Assembly: GCA_017525035.1 (NCBI GenBank)
Contig: JAFXTH010000023.1
Coordinates: 39,975 to 103,974 of the forward strand
DNA: 64,000 nucleotides
Reading direction: 5' to 3'
Source of the DNA: Bacilli bacterium
GTDB taxonomy: Bacteria > Bacillota_I > Bacilli_A > RF39 > UBA660
Shown here: piece by piece, positions 49,854 to 59,000 of the stretch
How the letters are laid out: every line of letters starts with the position of its first letter
Numbering within the stretch: the stretch's first letter is position 1
Program-made: the position numbers and the translations under genes
Notes under the pieces: generated by a model
Told to the model about the DNA's origin: nothing
The model's input: only the letters and a program-made list of their open reading frames with translations
Databases searched by the model: none

Positions 49854-52703
49854 TTAAATATGCGTATGTTGATCAAAAATTGGAAATCTACGTTCTTTTG
49901 TTTGCCCTTTTTCTGTTGATTTTATTGGTTTTTGTGGGCTTTCATCTTTTTTGTCTACAAAAGAAACTGCAGTGTCAATAACACTGTTAACCTTCTCTCT
50001 ATATAATACTAATGAATCTTTTACTGCTTCTCTAACATATTCTTCATCTACACCTAAAAAGTTAGATATTGCTTCTGTAGTAAAGTATTTACCATTGAAA
50101 TATCCTAGTCTTAACATTGTTATTATTGCTTTATCTTCTGGAAGTGTTTCTAACATTTCTTTCATTGTAGTAGTTTTTAATGCTGCTAAGATACTTAAAT
50201 ATACTTCTTTTGGTAACTCGTCTGTTTTTGCTCCTTGTACTTGCTCAGCTACTAATTCATTTTTTATTGGTTCTTCTACTATAACTGGCCTTAATACTAT
50301 TCCTCTATTAGGATTATTCGAATGATCTTGTGGTGCTTTGTCAGTTGTTGGTGTTTTAGTTTCTTCTCTTGCTCCATCGTCAGCTTGTTTTCTTTTCTTT
50401 CTTCTTTTGAAGTTAGGATTTTTAACAGCACATTTTAATATTCTTACTACTTCAAAAAATTGACTTGACTCTTCAGTTGTTAAAATAGATACTGGATTAT
50501 CTAAATCATCACCATTTCTCCTATCAAATAATCTTTTTTCACGTTCATCTAATATTTGTATTGCATTAATTAATTGATCTTTTGTGCAACCTAAAATTTC
50601 GCACATTGGTTTTACTTTCTTTGGCATATTATCTTCCTCCTTTATACGCTCAATTCTTTCTACTATGTCTTTTAACTCTTCATGACCTCTTAATTTTTCT
50701 TCAACAGTATCTAGTACTTTTTTAACATTTGGATATTGAGTATTATAATAAATTGCAATATCTAAAATACTTCTTGCTTTGTCATCTACAAGCCCATATC
50801 TTAATGCTAAATAACTTCTTTCTTTTTTGTTTAATTTACAAACCGAGTCAACTCTAGCAAGCATTGTATTTTTGGCATTTAATTTTGACCCCGCTGCTCT
50901 AAAATCACTTTCAATTTCTTCATATTTAATTGCATTTTCTTCTGATCTTTTAGCAAAAAGTTGTCTACAAAAATCATTAAACACTTCATCATAATTTCTA
51001 CATGAAGATAAGCCATAACCTATCTTTTTAATTGTTTCTTTTGATATACCATATATTTTACTTAACTGTTCATATGTCTTTGGAATGCCATCATATACAC
51101 CTAATCCATTTATGTATATTGATATATTATCAGAATCATATTCTTTAGAATTACTACTATCAAAATAATCTACAATTTTATTGACTATATCATCCATTGT
51201 TTCTGTTTCATTTGATTTTGGTTGAAGAGCCAATGAAAAATTGTTTATACTTGACACCTTTGGTACTTTATTTTCATTAGGAACAGTCCAAAAATCTTCA
51301 AGTTTTTTCTTATTATGTGGTTGTCTTAGTATTCTTAAAGTATTATCTTCTATTTGTCTAATTCTTTCTCTTGTTACATTAAAGTATTGTCCTATTTCTT
51401 CAAGAGTTTTTTCTCCTTCACCATCTAAACCAAATCTTTTAGTTATTATTACTGTTGCTCGTTTATCCAATTTTGGATAATTATCAAGTATTTGCATTAT
51501 TGCTGGTATTATTTGCTTTGTAACAACAGTTTCTTCTACTTTTTCCTTAGATGGAATAAAATGTCCAAGCTCACTTCCATCTGCTTCATCTTTTTTTATT
51601 GGTTCATTTAAGCTAACTGTTTTTATTTGATAATCGTAATATTCTTTAATTTTTTGTGGAGACATTTTTAAATGCATTGCTATTTCACGAATAGTAGGAG
51701 TTCTTCCTAACTCTGAGGTTAATGCTTGTACTTTAGAATTAAAATCAGATATTCTATCTTGTAAATTAACAGGAAGCCTAATAGATCTTCCTAAATCTTG
51801 AGTTCCTCTTTGTATTGATTGTCTTATCCACCATGTTGCATATGTTGAAAATTTAAACCCTTTATCTATATCAAACTTATTAGCTGCTTTTATAAGTCCT
51901 AAAGATCCTTGTTGGAATAAATCAAGTAATTCTAAGCCTCTTCCTTGATATCTTTTGGCAATACTTAATACCAATCTTAGATTGCTATTTATTAGTTTTT
52001 CTTTTGCTTCTTCGTCCCCTTCTTTTATTTTTCTTCCTAATTCTTGTTCTTCTTCTTTTTTAAGAAGTGGAAACTGTTTCATGTCCGCTATCAAAAGAGC
52101 CATTTCACTAGGAAAATGATAGGAAAAGATGTCTTCTTGTTCTTCTTTTATTTCAATATTATTTTTTAAGCAATATGCTTCAACTGAAGAAATAACAGCA
52201 GGATCTTTGATTACTTTTTCTATTTGTCCATTAACAATACTATTTTTCTTTTCATTAAATATTATCTCTAGTGCATTGTTAAAGGCGTTTGGTGAATCCA
52301 AAAGACTAAATAATAAGTCTTGTGAATCTTGAATTCCATAAAGATCTGTTAAATCATTAAATAGTGTTACAATCTTACAACTGTTTTTATAATCTTTTAT
52401 CCTAAATTCATCACTTAAAATCGTTGTTATTAAATTTTTAACTTTTGTTTCTTCTCTATATTTTTCTCTAAAGACATTCTTTAAATATTCCAATATCTTA
52501 ATTTCAAAGAATTCTTCATAATCTAAATCATTTTTATAAGTTTCTCTTGAATCTTCAATTATTTGATAAGCAATAGATTCAAATTCTGTTTCTGATATAC
52601 CTATATATTTGAAATACTTATAAATCCTTTTAAAAAGAGGAAATACAAGTTTATATAGAAAAGATGATTTTGTGTTTTCAAAATCTTCTAATCTTATTTT
52701 CAT
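49854..52703 (-). CDS. Giant RpoD-like sigma-70 factor (949 aa) with extra sigma-4-like repeats
   Basis: [48 protein letters not shown], followed by three to four further helix-G-L..G...HTH units. Confidence 0.88.
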   Translation of the reverse strand: MKIRLEDFENTKSSFLYKLVFPLFKRIYKYFKYIGISETEFESIAYQIIEDSRETYKNDLDYEEFFEIKILEYLKNVFREKYREETKVKNLITTILSDEFRIKDYKNSCKIVTLFNDLTDLYGIQDSQDLLFSLLDSPNAFNNALEIIFNEKKNSIVNGQIEKVIKDPAVISSVEAYCLKNNIEIKEEQEDIFSYHFPSEMALLIADMKQFPLLKKEEEQELGRKIKEGDEEAKEKLINSNLRLVLSIAKRYQGRGLELLDLFQQGSLGLIKAANKFDIDKGFKFSTYATWWIRQSIQRGTQDLGRSIRLPVNLQDRISDFNSKVQALTSELGRTPTIREIAMHLKMSPQKIKEYYDYQIKTVSLNEPIKKDEADGSELGHFIPSKEKVEETVVTKQIIPAIMQILDNYPKLDKRATVIITKRFGLDGEGEKTLEEIGQYFNVTRERIRQIEDNTLRILRQPHNKKKLEDFWTVPNENKVPKVSSINNFSLALQPKSNETETMDDIVNKIVDYFDSSNSKEYDSDNISIYINGLGVYDGIPKTYEQLSKIYGISKETIKKIGYGLSSCRNYDEVFNDFCRQLFAKRSEENAIKYEEIESDFRAAGSKLNAKNTMLARVDSVCKLNKKERSYLALRYGLVDDKARSILDIAIYYNTQYPNVKKVLDTVEEKLRGHEELKDIVERIERIKEEDNMPKKVKPMCEILGCTKDQLINAIQILDEREKRLFDRRNGDDLDNPVSILTTEESSQFFEVVRILKCAVKNPNFKRRKKRKQADDGAREETKTPTTDKAPQDHSNNPNRGIVLRPVIVEEPIKNELVAEQVQGAKTDELPKEVYLSILAALKTTTMKEMLETLPEDKAIITMLRLGYFNGKYFTTEAISNFLGVDEEYVREAVKDSLVLYREKVNSVIDTAVSFVDKKDESPQKPIKSTEKGQTKERRFPIFDQHTHI

Positions 52704-52727
52704 TCGTACCTCCTCTTAATTGGTTAT

Positions 52728-54920
52728 TTAATTTTTCCCTTGATCTATTCTTTTTTCTAATAACATACCCTTTTGTGCATTTTGTGTAAGCGATGCAGGT
52801 TCATTATTTCCTGGTGCATTCATAGTTACAGGTATAGCTTTTGTTTCCCCTAATAAACTAGCTCCTGTATGTTTTCTATATATTATGTTAGCAAACTCAT
52901 TTCCTTCTTTTGTTGCTTCATTTTTTATCTTTTCAATTGCTTTTCTAACAGTTGGTTTAGTAAGTCCAAAAAATGAACAAATCTCATCCTCTGTTGACCT
53001 TCTTTGTGAATCTAAACCATAGAATTTTGTAAGTATAAGCTCTTCAAGATTAGATAAATTAAGCATTAAACTAATTTTTTTAGCAATTTGTTTTCCTTCT
53101 TCGTGTGCTGCAGAAGAATAATCAGTATCTACTATTATTCTATTTAAATATCTTCTTGCTTCAACATTATTATTAATTTTTTCATGATATTTTTGAGATA
53201 TTTTTTCAATGTCTTTTGATGAAAATCCTAATATATTAGCTATTGTAATAACATTTTTAGGGATTCCATCAACAAGGCCATATTCCATCTCTAAAATATA
53301 TGATTCTTGATTTGTTAGTCCTAATCTTAACCTAAGTATTTCACGTTTATCTGATGGCATTTGTGCTGCGCTCTTGGAAACTACTATATTTCTTCTACCA
53401 GAACTTTTACTAATTGATGCAGTACTAGATTTTAAACCTCTCCAAGATGGAGTATATCCATATTCTTCTAATTCTTTTGAACATCTAGGATTTCTTAGTT
53501 TTCTTAGTGCTTTTGCTTCAATTTGCCTTACTCTTTCTCTTGTTACATTAAAGTATTGTCCTATTTCTTCAAGCGTTTCTGGACGTCCTCCAGTATACCA
53601 TCCTGATCTTCTTTTAATTACTTCAACTTCTCTTGGTCTTAAGTATCCACTATCAAACACTTTTTCAAAAGTTTCTCTAAGCGCTGGTCCGTACATAACT
53701 GATTCTTCAACGTTTGTATCTGATTCAATAAAATATTGAAGTTCTGTGTCCTCTGGATCAGTACCATTTCTTACTGTTGTATTTAAACTTACTGGTTCTT
53801 CAGCAATCTCTTGTAATTCTTCAACTTTTTCAATAGGCATTTTCATGATTTCAGCAACTTCGCTCATATCTTTATCGGTAAGTGCTCTTCCTTTTTGTGT
53901 AGATAAATCTTTCATTACTCCATTTAACTTACTAATCTTCTCTATTATATGAACTGGTAGTCTTATTTCTCTATCCATATCTGCTATTGCTCTTGTAACA
54001 GATTGTCTAATCCACCATGTTGCATATGTTGAAAACTTAAATCCCTTTGATGAATCAAACTTCTCAACTGCTTTTATAAGTCCGATATTACCTTCTTGGA
54101 TCAAATCCAAAAACGTCAATTTTTTAGTATGAAATCTCCATCTTTTAGCTATACTTACAACAAGTCTTAAGTTATGTGTAATAAGCTTTTCTTTGGCTTC
54201 TTCATCTCCTGCTTTATTTCTTCTATCAAGTTCTATTTCTTCTTCTCTTGTAAGAAGTGGAAGATGAATAAACTCTTTCATATATGCGAATACTGGATCA
54301 GTTGAATAATAATCTTTATCATAATCAAACTCTTCTAAAGTTGGTTCTTCTATTTTAATACCATTCATTTCGCAATATGTTTCAATTACTAATTGAAGAA
54401 AATTATCGTTAGTAACTAAGTCCACTTTACCTGATATTATATTCTTTTCATTTTGTTTAAATATTTTTTTAGTAGCTTCTCCTAATTTTTGATTATTAGT
54501 TAATAAAGAAGTTATTAAGTTTTTACTAGGGAAATAATCAAGTGTTTCAAATAGAGAATCTAATTGCTTAAATGCTGCAATACACTTTTTATATTCATTA
54601 GTAGATTGAAATATTCTATTTATATAATTTCCAAATATCTTCTCATGTTTTTCAGGTGGAATATTTTTTACTACATCTCTTAAAGTATCAACTATTTTTG
54701 ATTCTATGGAATCAATATAGTCAGCTTCACTATTCTCGCCCAATTCCGTCTTACCTATTATTTGTTTAACAACAGTGGCAAAATCATCTTTCGAAAGTCC
54801 TAAAGCTTCAAAATACTCTTTGTATTTGCTTATAGAAGGCATTACCGCATTAAAAATAGAATTAACAGTATCAATGTCAATTTTTTGTTCTTCATTTGTG
54901 TTATTAACGTTATCACTCAT
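52728..54920 (-). CDS. Giant RpoD-like sigma-70 factor (730 aa) with extra sigma-4-like repeats
   Basis: [77 protein letters not shown] plus two further sigma-4-like units; AGGAGG RBS. Confidence 0.9.
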   Translation of the reverse strand: MSDNVNNTNEEQKIDIDTVNSIFNAVMPSISKYKEYFEALGLSKDDFATVVKQIIGKTELGENSEADYIDSIESKIVDTLRDVVKNIPPEKHEKIFGNYINRIFQSTNEYKKCIAAFKQLDSLFETLDYFPSKNLITSLLTNNQKLGEATKKIFKQNEKNIISGKVDLVTNDNFLQLVIETYCEMNGIKIEEPTLEEFDYDKDYYSTDPVFAYMKEFIHLPLLTREEEIELDRRNKAGDEEAKEKLITHNLRLVVSIAKRWRFHTKKLTFLDLIQEGNIGLIKAVEKFDSSKGFKFSTYATWWIRQSVTRAIADMDREIRLPVHIIEKISKLNGVMKDLSTQKGRALTDKDMSEVAEIMKMPIEKVEELQEIAEEPVSLNTTVRNGTDPEDTELQYFIESDTNVEESVMYGPALRETFEKVFDSGYLRPREVEVIKRRSGWYTGGRPETLEEIGQYFNVTRERVRQIEAKALRKLRNPRCSKELEEYGYTPSWRGLKSSTASISKSSGRRNIVVSKSAAQMPSDKREILRLRLGLTNQESYILEMEYGLVDGIPKNVITIANILGFSSKDIEKISQKYHEKINNNVEARRYLNRIIVDTDYSSAAHEEGKQIAKKISLMLNLSNLEELILTKFYGLDSQRRSTEDEICSFFGLTKPTVRKAIEKIKNEATKEGNEFANIIYRKHTGASLLGETKAIPVTMNAPGNNEPASLTQNAQKGMLLEKRIDQGKN

Positions 54921-54978
54921 GCTAATCGCCTCCTAACTATTGCATTATATTTTAACACTTTTTACGTTAATAGTAAAT

Positions 54979-55000
54979 AAAAAAGAGCAAAAAGCTCTTT
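54979..55000 (-). terminator. Rho-independent terminator
   Basis: AAAGAGC-TTTTT-GCTCTTT plus T-run right after the small lipoprotein stop. Confidence 0.8.
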
Positions 55001-55001
55001 C

Positions 55002-55157
55002 CTATCTTGCAGTAACATTTATTTGTTTTTCTGTTTCACTTGTCTGCTCTGTAATTGTATTGTTGTCTACTTCATTTTCTTTATTTTTAGAGCCACATCC
55101 AGTTACTAAAAGCATCGTAAAAATCATTATAATTAATAATACTTTCTTATATTTCAT
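55002..55157 (-). CDS. Small lipoprotein (51 aa), not in the ORF track
   Basis: MKYKKVLLIIMIFTMLLVTGCGSKNKENEVDNNTITEQTSETEKQINVTAR; AGGAGG RBS overlapping the upstream stop; lipobox LVTGC; terminator follows. Confidence 0.7.
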   Translation of the reverse strand: MKYKKVLLIIMIFTMLLVTGCGSKNKENEVDNNTITEQTSETEKQINVTAR

Positions 55158-55166
55158 ATTAACCTC

Positions 55167-56000
55167 CTATGGAAGAGTAACTATTTTTTTAAAATCATAA
55201 AGTACTAATCTGTACCAATAATTTGCATTTTCTTGAGTTACTTTAATATCTAATGTTGATTCATCTACTGCTGATGAAACTACCCAATTTTCTGAACTTA
55301 TAGTAGTCCAATGATGTTTATCTAAACTATATTCCCATCTTATTTTGTATACATAGTTCTCATATCCATTTATAGTAGCTACAAAATGGACAACATCTCC
55401 ATAATAAATATAACCATTTGGATCATCGCTTACAATGTCAAAATCTAATACTACTATTCCACCTGTTATTGAACTTACTCTTGCTGTAACTGACTTTCTT
55501 GCACTTTTGTTACAATTTTCGTCAATGACTACATAATAATGTTTTAAGTCAAGACCTACACCTTCCATGATATCTGATTCTTTAATATCTGTTGATATTT
55601 CCTCTTCGTCTAAATATGAGAAACTAAGAAACTTTTTAGTACCATGTCCAGTTTCATCCACACTTGTCCAATAATAATAGTATTTTGTTCCATCATAAGT
55701 AACAATAACATATGCTTTATCAAATTCACCATATGGACTTACTAATGAATTTTCTGTATGTATGCATCTTGCGTCAATGTAATATGTTACATCTGTATCA
55801 TACATTTCTAGCTTACCTTCATTAACTTTATTTCGTGTAGCCCCAATGATTTCTTTAGCAGTATCAATATATGCACTCTTTCTTGTGTTAGTGATATATT
55901 TCGTTACACTAGGTACTGCAATAATCATCAGAACTCCTAAAATAATTATAACCGCTAATAATTCTATAAGTGTAAAGCCTTTTTCTTTATTACATTTCAT
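55167..56000 (-). CDS. Type IV pilin-like protein with Ig-like C-terminal domain
   Basis: EKG/FTLIELLAVIIILGVLMIIAVPSV; N-terminal ~160 aa paralogous to 1730..3010; start reassigned to ATG 56000. Confidence 0.85.
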   Translation of the reverse strand: MKCNKEKGFTLIELLAVIIILGVLMIIAVPSVTKYITNTRKSAYIDTAKEIIGATRNKVNEGKLEMYDTDVTYYIDARCIHTENSLVSPYGEFDKAYVIVTYDGTKYYYYWTSVDETGHGTKKFLSFSYLDEEEISTDIKESDIMEGVGLDLKHYYVVIDENCNKSARKSVTARVSSITGGIVVLDFDIVSDDPNGYIYYGDVVHFVATINGYENYVYKIRWEYSLDKHHWTTISSENWVVSSAVDESTLDIKVTQENANYWYRLVLYDFKKIVTLP

Positions 56001-56099
56001 AATATTTCCTTTCACAGATATAGTATCTTAATTTAATAATATCATATATATCTAGAAAATCTTTTCTATTGTTATTATTTTGTTATCAATTGTGTAAAT

Positions 56100-59000
56100 C
56101 TAGAAAAGTGATAGTTGATCAGATTCATCTAATCCATCTAAGATTTTCATATCCCTTAGTTTATCTAGTAGTGTTTGAGAAATCTTAGCACGTTTTTGTA
56201 AATCTTCTATACTTGTAAATGGACGTTTTTCTCTTTCTTCTACTATTGCTTTTGCAACTGTATCTCCTAGTCCATCAATTGATGAGAATGGTGGATAAAT
56301 ACTTTTTTCATCTTTTACTCCCCAAACAGTTGCTTCACTCTTATTTAAATCAATTGGAACAAAGCTAATTCCTCTTGCTGTTGCTTCTAGAGCAACTTTT
56401 AAACTTTCAAGCTGTCCATTTTCTTTATTAGTAGCATCGTATCCTTTTGTTTCAATTTCAATTATTTTATCTTTTATTTTGTTATAGCCTTTCATCATTG
56501 ACTCGATATCCGTGTCTGTTGCCTTTGAAGTTAGCCATGATGCATAGAAATACACTGGCATATGTACTTTATACCATGCTATTCTAAAGGCACTTGTAAC
56601 GTATGCTGCCGCATGGGCTTTAGGGAACATGTACTTAATCTTTTCGCAAGAATCAATAAACCAATCTTCGATTCCTGCTTTTTGCATTGTCTCTTTATGT
56701 CCTTTCCATGTTTCTGGGTCTTTACTTGCTTTTCCTTTACGAACAAACTCCATTATTTTGAATGCTTTAATTGGAGGAAGTCCATGATAAATTAAGTAAA
56801 CCATAATGTCATCACGACATCCTATTACCTCTTTAAATGGAACTACTTTGTTTTTGATTAACTCTTGTGCGTTTCCAAGCCAAACGTCAGTACCATGTGA
56901 TAGACCTGATATTTTAACAAGTTCTGCAAATGTCTTTGGTTTTGTTTCTTCAACCATTGAAATAGTAAATGGCGTACCGAATTCTGGTATTCCAAGAGTT
57001 CCTGTTTCATTTAATATTTGATCTGTTGTAACACCTAAAGTCTTAGTTGATGAAAAAATGCTCATTGTATCTTTATCATCCATTGGTACTTTAGATACAT
57101 CTGTTTTTGTTAAGTCTTGAATCATTCTTAATTGTGTTGGATCACTATGTCCTAAAATATCAAGTTTTAATAAACATTGGTCAATTGCATGGTATGAGAA
57201 GTGTGTTGTTCTCCATGCGCTTTCTGGATCATCTGCTGGAAATTGGAATGGTGTAAAATCTGATACATCCATGTAATCAGGTACAACAACAATACCTCCT
57301 GGGTGCTGACCTGTTGTTCTTTTAACACCAACGCATCCTAACGATTGTCTTTCTATTTCAGCGCTTCTAACACTAGAATATTCTTTTACTTTTCTTACCA
57401 TTTCATCAAATTTGCCTTCTATTTCTTTTCCAACTTCTTTCTTGATACTTTCTTGTTGTAATAAGAATTTTTTAGCTATGATTAATGGTTTTTCTTTTTT
57501 CTCTACATCTAACAATTCTTCAATTGTTTTATTCATGCTTTTGGCTATTTCACCAACTATATCTAATATTTTATCTTCATAATATCCTAAAACAAATCCA
57601 TACGCTGTCTTATCTGCAACTGTACCGATTGTTCCAGCACGGTAAACATTATCAACACCGAATAGCACCTTCGTATATTCATGAGCAGATGCTTGGTTTA
57701 AATCACTGAAGTTTAAATCTATATCTGGCACTTTATCAGCATTAAATCCTAAGAAAGTTGCAAACGGAATGTCCTGTCCATCTTTAAGCATATTAGCATG
57801 ACACTTAGGACATTCTTTATCAGGTAAATCAAATCCTGATGAGTATGTTGCTCCTAGCGCGTTTCCTTCATCATCTTCAAAAATACTTGTCTTGCATTCT
57901 GTACATCTATAATGTGGTGGAAGCGGATTAACTTCTGATATCCCCATCATACTTGCAACAAGACTTGATCCAACGGATCCACGAGAACCAACTAAGTATC
58001 CATCATCATTTGAGTGTTTAACTAAACGTTGTGCAATTAAGTATATAGGATCGAAACCTCCTCCTATGATACCTCCTAGCTCTTTCTTTAATTTCTTTTC
58101 TACTGCTTCATCAGATAATTCTCCATCTTCTTCTTTCCAATTATCTTTTAAATATTTTGTAAGTTCTTTTTTAACTTTATCAAAACCACTTGAAACAGTA
58201 TCATGTACTCTTTTAAATACTTCTTTGTTAAATTCTTCATCACTTATATTTTCATTTTCTTTTTTAACAATGTCACTATAAGAGTTATAAACAATATCTC
58301 CATATAACTCTTTAGCAATTCTTTCTTCTATATTATATGGAAGTGGATCACCATACCACTCTTTTGCTTTTGTAAATACTAAGTCTGTAACAACTTTTGG
58401 ACAATCTAAGTAACTTTTTCCATCATCACTTTTTACTCTAGGTGAGAACGGAATTCCATTTGTATCTGGAATTACTTCCACTTCCTCAATCATATCTGCT
58501 ACCTTATTAGTATTCTCAACAACTATTTCGTATGCTAAATCTTTATCTAAGAAATTAAAATCTTCTAACATTTCGTTAGTTGTTCTAAAGTGTTGTGAAG
58601 GTATTTCTGTAATCTCTTTCTTAGCAAGTGGATGTCTTCCTCCACCTGGTACTTTTTGATTTATTATAATTTCACGATATATTTTATCTTCTCTTAAAAA
58701 GTGATGTACATCTCCTGTTGCTACTATAATTTTACCTGCTTCTTTAGTCGCATTTATTACTTTCTTAATATGTTCAATTAACTCATCATTATCTTTAAAA
58801 TCACTAGTCTGAATTAAATGATTATATACTTCTGGAGGTTGTACTTCAACATAATCATAAAAGTTAATTATGTTAGTTAGTTCTTCTCCTTCTTTGCTTC
58901 TTGCTTCAATAAATACTTCTGAATTATAACATCCACTTCCTATTAAAAGTCCTTCTCTTAATTCTTCAAGTTTACTTCTTAATATTCTTGGCGTTTTATA

